This document shows positions 59,670 to 64,000 of a stretch of 64,000 nt of DNA, in pieces. Made by a program: the position numbers and the translations under genes. Within the stretch, counting starts at the first letter, position 1, and each line of letters starts with the position of its first letter. The notes under the pieces were generated by a model. The model made no database searches and was not told the origin of the DNA. It saw only the letters and a program-made list of their open reading frames with translations. Source of the DNA: an uncultured Actinomycetota bacterium (GTDB taxonomy: Bacteria > Actinomycetota > Actinomycetes > Actinomycetales > Microbacteriaceae); assembly GCA_963702815.1 (NCBI GenBank), contig CAVPED010000003.1:57524-121523 (forward strand). Reading direction: 5' to 3'.

Positions 59670-60551
59670 TCAGTCGAGGCCGCGCTCCGCGGCCTCGACC
59701 ACGTTCGTCATCAGCAGCGCCACGGTCATCGGGCCGACCCCGCCCGGGTTCGGCGACAGGAACCCGGCGACCTCGGCCACGTCCGGATGGACGTCGCCGA
59801 ACACGCGGTGCTTGCCGGTCTCGGCATCCGTCTCGCGCGTGACGCCGACGTCGAGCACCGCGGCACCCGGCTTCACGTCGGCGGCCTGCACGATGTGCTT
59901 GACGCCCGCCGCGGCCACGATGACGTCCGCCTCGCGGAGATGCTGCCCCAGGTCGGCCGTGCCGGTGTGGGTCAGCGTGACCGTCGCGTTGTACTCGCGC
60001 CGCGTGAGGAGCAGCCCGATCGAGCGCCCGATCGTGACTCCGCGCCCGACGACGACGACGTGCTTGCCCGCGAGGTCGTAGCCGTTGCGCACGAGCAGCT
60101 CGATGACGCCCCGCGGCGTGCACGGGAGCGGCGTCGTGATGGGCGCATTGACGTTGAGGACCAGGCGCCCGAGGTTGGTCGGGTGCAGGCCGTCGGCGTC
60201 CTTCGCGGGGTCGATGCGCTCGAGGATCGCGTCGGTGTCGAGGTGCTTCGGCAGCGGCAGCTGCACGATGTACCCGTGGCACGCGGGATCGGCGTTGAGC
60301 TCATCGATGAGCGCCTCGACGTCGGCCTGCGTCGCGTCGGCCGGCAGCTCGCGCTGGATCGAGTTCATCCCGATGGCCTCGGACTCGCGGTGCTTCATGC
60401 CGACGTACAGCTGCGAGCCGGGGTCGGCGCCCACGAGGACCGTGGCGATCCCCGGCGTGATGCCCCGCGCCTTCAGCGCCTCGACGCGAGCGCGCAGCTC
60501 GTCCTTGATCTCGGCAGCGGCTGCGCGCCCGTCGAGCTTCTGTGCCGTCAT
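59670..60551 (-). CDS. folD: Methylenetetrahydrofolate dehydrogenase/cyclohydrolase
   Basis: [34 protein letters not shown]. Confidence 0.96.
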   Translation of the reverse strand: MTAQKLDGRAAAAEIKDELRARVEALKARGITPGIATVLVGADPGSQLYVGMKHRESEAIGMNSIQRELPADATQADVEALIDELNADPACHGYIVQLPLPKHLDTDAILERIDPAKDADGLHPTNLGRLVLNVNAPITTPLPCTPRGVIELLVRNGYDLAGKHVVVVGRGVTIGRSIGLLLTRREYNATVTLTHTGTADLGQHLREADVIVAAAGVKHIVQAADVKPGAAVLDVGVTRETDAETGKHRVFGDVHPDVAEVAGFLSPNPGGVGPMTVALLMTNVVEAAERGLD

Positions 60552-60567
60552 GTTGCGTCCTTACTCT

Positions 60568-60639
60568 TCGCCGAGACAGGGGATCGTGCCGAGACAGGGC
60601 GTCGTGCGCCGCCGGGTCGGCGAGATCCCCTGTCTCGCG
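60568..60639. repeat. REP-like nested inverted repeat, copy 2 (glyA-folD spacer)
   Basis: CGAGACAGGGGATC (60572-85) / GATCCCCTGTCTCG (60624-37) arms with an internal second GCCGAGACAGGG. Confidence 0.7.
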
Positions 60640-60652
60640 CTCGAACTGACCG

Positions 60653-61926
60653 TCAGTGCGTGAGGCCGGGGTACAGCGGGAACGCGTCGGCGAGGACGGC
60701 GACGCGCGCGCGGAGAGCCTCGACATCGGCATCCGGAAGCAGTGCCTTCGCGATGATGTCGCCGACCTCGGTGAACTCCTCGTCGCCGAAGCCGCGCGTG
60801 GCGAGCGCCGGCGTGCCGATGCGCAGGCCCGAGGTCACCAGCGGCGGGCGCGGGTCGTTCGGGACGGCGTTGCGGTTGACCGTGATGTGGATCTCGTGGA
60901 GGAGGTCCTCGGCCTGCTTGCCGTCGATCGCCGCGTTGCGCAGGTCGACGAGGATCAGGTGCACGTCCGTGCCGCCCGAGCGGACCGTGATCCCGGCGTC
61001 GGCGACGTCGGCTGCGAGAGGCGCTCGGCGATGATGTGCGCACCGCGGAGCACGCGCTCCTGGCGCTCCTTGAACTCCGGAGTCGCGGCGAGCTTGAACG
61101 CGGTGGCCTTGGCGGCGATCACGTGCATGAGCGGGCCGCCCTGCTGCCCCGGGAAGACGGCCGAGTTGATCTTCTTCGCGATGTCCTCGTCGTTGGTGAG
61201 GATGAAGCCCGAGCGCGGACCGCCGATGGTCTTGTGCACCGTCGACGACACGACGTGCGCGTGCGGAACGGGCGACGGGTGGACACCGGCGGCCACGAGC
61301 CCCGCGAAGTGCGCCATGTCGACCCACAGGAGGGCGCCGACCTCGTCGGCGATCTCGCGGAAGCGCGCGAAGTCGAGCTGACGCGGGTAGGCCGACCAGC
61401 CCGCGATGATGACCTTCGGCTTGTGCTCGAGCGCGAGGCGGCGCACCTCGTCGAGGTCGATGATCGAGGTCTCGGGATCGACGCCGTACGCGACGATGTT
61501 GTAGAGGCGGCCCGAGAAGTTGATCTTCATGCCGTGCGTGAGGTGGCCGCCCTGATCGAGCGAGAGGCCGAGCAGCGTGTCGCCGGGGCGCGCGATGGCG
61601 TGGAGCACCGCCGCGTTGGCCGTCGCACCCGAGTGGGGCTGGACGTTCGCGAAGTTCGCTCCGAAGAGCGCCTTGGCCCGCGCGATCGCCAGCTCCTCGG
61701 CGACATCGACCTCTTCGCAGCCGCCGTAGTAGCGACGGCCGGGGTAGCCCTCGGCGTACTTGTTCGTGAGCACCGAGCCCTGCGACTGCAGCACCGAGAC
61801 GGGCACGAAGTTCTCGGAGGCGATCATCTCGAGGTACCCGCGCTGGCGGTCGAGCTCGCGGTCGAGGACCTCGGCGATCTCGGGATCGACCTCGGCGAGC
61901 GGGGCGTTGAAGTACTGATCGGTCAT
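60653..61926 (-). CDS. glyA: Serine hydroxymethyltransferase (indel ~61012)
   Basis: [51 protein letters not shown]. Confidence 0.96.
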
Positions 61927-61989
61927 GGCGATCTCTCCTGACGACGGCTTGATTCGCTTCCCGGCGGGGAGCCCGGCGGGTGGTCACAT

Positions 61990-62064
61990 CGGCCCAGGCG
62001 TGCGGTCGAATGCCGTTGTCGGTCGCTCCCCGGTGGTGTCCCACCTCAACGCCAGTCGCGACTT
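61990..62064 (-). ncRNA. ZTP (pfl) riboswitch
   Basis: Minus strand AGTCGCGACTGGCGTTGAGGTGGGACACCACCGGGGAGCGAC...CCGCACGCCTGGGC upstream of glyA; TATGCT -10 just before. Confidence 0.93.
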
Positions 62065-62125
62065 CTCGAGCATAACGGATGCCGCGCGTGCCCTAACGCC
62101 CCGCTGATAGGCTGATGGCGCCTTT

Positions 62126-62142
62126 TGTTAGGACTCCTTACA
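62126..62142. promoter_or_regulatory. Imperfect palindrome upstream of hexosaminidase-nagA (putative amino-sugar repressor site)
   Basis: TGTTAGGA-C-TCCTTACA, downstream of TAGGCT -10 (62108-13). Confidence 0.5.
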
Positions 62143-62194
62143 TCGATTGACAAACACGGTCGCTCGCGTCACGCTCGACCCGAACGGAGACACT

Positions 62195-63726
62195 GTGACC
62201 GCTCCCCCCGTCGTCCCCGCGCCGTCCTCGCTGCAGGCAGTCGACTCGGCGCCTTTCGCGCTCACCGGATCCGTCGCCGTGACAGGGGAACCGGATGCCG
62301 CAGCCGCCCTCGTGGAGCTCATCACCGCGCGCACCGGTCTGGCACTCGCCGGCGCTGCCGGGTCGAGCGATCGCACGATCGCACTGCGGATCGACGGTGC
62401 GACGGCGGCCGGAAAGGCGGAGTCGTACCGGCTCACCTCGGACGAGGCATCCGTCGTCGTCACCGGAGCCGACGCGGCCGGACTCTTCTACGGCGTCCAG
62501 ACCCTCGGACAGCTGATCGCCCGAGACGACGACGGCTGGAGCATCCCGGCGCTCAGGATCGACGATGCTCCTCGCTTCGCGTACCGGGGCGTGATGCTCG
62601 ACGTCGCGCGGCATTTCCAGACGGTGGACACGGTCAAGGCCTACATCGACCGGGCGGCCGGCCTCAAGTTCAATGCGCTGCACCTGCACCTGACCGACGA
62701 CCAGGGCTGGCGGCTCCAGCTGCGGTCGCATCCGCGGCTCACTGAGGTGGGGTCCGGATCCTCCGTCGGGGGCGATCCGGGCGGCTTCTACACCGCAGCG
62801 GACTACCGCGAGATCGTCGAGCACGCGGCATCCCGTCACCTGATCGTCGTGCCCGAGATCGATATGCCGGGGCACACGCACGCCGTCGGGCTGGCCTATC
62901 CCGAGCTCGCCGAGGCGCCCGTCCTCACCGACCACATCACCGAGATCGCCGAGTCCTACGGCGGCGGCATCCCCACCTCCGGGGTGCCCTACGGCGGCTT
63001 GGCGGTCGGCTTCTCGTCGCTCAAGATCGACGATGAGGCGACCTACGACTTCGTCGCCGACGTTCTCGGCGAGCTCGCCGGGATGACTCCCGGTCCGTAC
63101 CTGCACATCGGCGGCGATGAGGCTCTGGGCACCGACCCTGAGGATTTCGCCGCGTTCATGGCACGCGCCTCGACGATCGTCGCCGACCTCGGCAAGACGC
63201 CGGTCGCGTTTCACGAAGCGGGTGCGGCAGCAGGGCTGCATCCCGACACGATCGGCCAGTACTGGGGCTACGTGACCCCGACCGACGGGATGGACGAGCA
63301 GGCGCGCGGGTTCGTCCGCAACGGCGCGCAGCTGATCCTCTCCCCCGCCGACGCGATCTACCTCGACATGAAGTACGACGAAGACGCGCGGCTCGGGCTC
63401 ACGTGGGCCAACGGCCCGACGAGCGTCGAGCGCGCCTACTCGTGGGAGCCCTCGGCGATCATCGCCGGGGTGGAGGAGGCCGACATCCTCGGCGTCGAAG
63501 CTCCCATGTGGACCGAGACCGTGCGCGACCTCGCGCGACATCGACGAGCTCGCATTCCCGCGCATCGCGGCGGCCGCAGAAGCGGCGTGGTCGCCCGCGA
63601 CCGGCGAGAGCGCCCTGCGCACGTGGCCGTCCTTCCGGGAGCGGGTCGGCGCGCTCGGGCCGCTCTGGACGAGCCTCGGCATCGGGTTCCACCCCTCGGC
63701 GGAGATCTCCTGGTCAGACGGAATGA
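62195..63726 (+). CDS. Beta-N-acetylhexosaminidase GH20 (indel ~63535)
   Basis: DAPRFAYRGVMLDVARHF, HLHLTDDQGWR, PEIDMPGH, HIGGDE, GVEAPMWTE. Confidence 0.94.
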
Positions 63727-64000
63727 ACACAACCCTCATCCACTCGGTGCGACTCGTCGACGACGCTCGCATCGTCGACGACGCCTGGGTGCGCTTCGAG
63801 GGCGGTCGCGTCGCCGACACGGGCACGGGGGCCTCGTGGCGAGATGCCCCGGATGCCGCGACCGTCGTCGACGGCGCTGCCGCGGCCGGCGACGGGCGCG
63901 CTGCTGACCCCTGGCTTCATCGATCTGCACGGTCACGGCGGAGGCGGCTTCTCGTACGGCGACGGATCCGACGCCATCCGGGGCGCACGGGCGCTGCACC
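63723..64000 (+). CDS. nagA: N-acetylglucosamine-6-phosphate deacetylase (partial; indel)
   Basis: ATGA overlap with the GH20 gene; LTPGFIDLHGHGGGG metal-binding motif at about 63905-63950. Confidence 0.82.
   Translation, partial: MNTTLIHSVRLVDDARIVDDAWVRFEGGRVADTGTGASWRDAPDAATVVDGAAAAGDGRAADPWLHRSARSRRRRLLVRRRIRRHPGRTGAA

Overview
High-GC (roughly 70% by eye) actinobacterial chromosome segment; gene content and order fit Microbacteriaceae, probably Microbacterium. It is mostly core or metabolic DNA. In order: nucleoside ABC transporter with cdd and thymidine phosphorylase, manC, sdhCDAB, yihY, xth, trpS, fpg/nei, glpKD, FMN riboswitch with ribD-ribE-ribBA-ribH, LLM monooxygenase, two ABC exporters, pckG with a divergent RamB/PrpR-like XRE regulator, alkZ, a ~15 kb homoprotocatechuate (hpa) catabolic locus, MarR-flavodoxin pair, amino-acid ABC transporter, a small compositionally atypical patch (surface thermonuclease, zincin, GNAT, standalone TOPRIM), folD, glyA with a ZTP riboswitch, GH20 hexosaminidase and nagA. 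Many genes, including essential ones (trpS, sdhA, glyA, ribD), carry small indels. I read these as long-read or assembly errors rather than pseudogenes, so some gene ends are approximate. No tRNA, rRNA, CRISPR array, integrase or transposase was seen. Best leads: (1) pervasive iteration of the non-palindromic motif GGATGC/GCATCC across genes and intergenic hairpins; (2) a multi-stem, switch-like 5' leader RNA in front of the ThDP-enzyme gene in the hpa locus; (3) a non-canonical hpa pathway with no HpaBC or HpaF, a single-component MobA-like hydroxylase and an FAH-RraA fusion; (4) a dispersed REP-like nested-hairpin element; (5) several strong operator palindromes.
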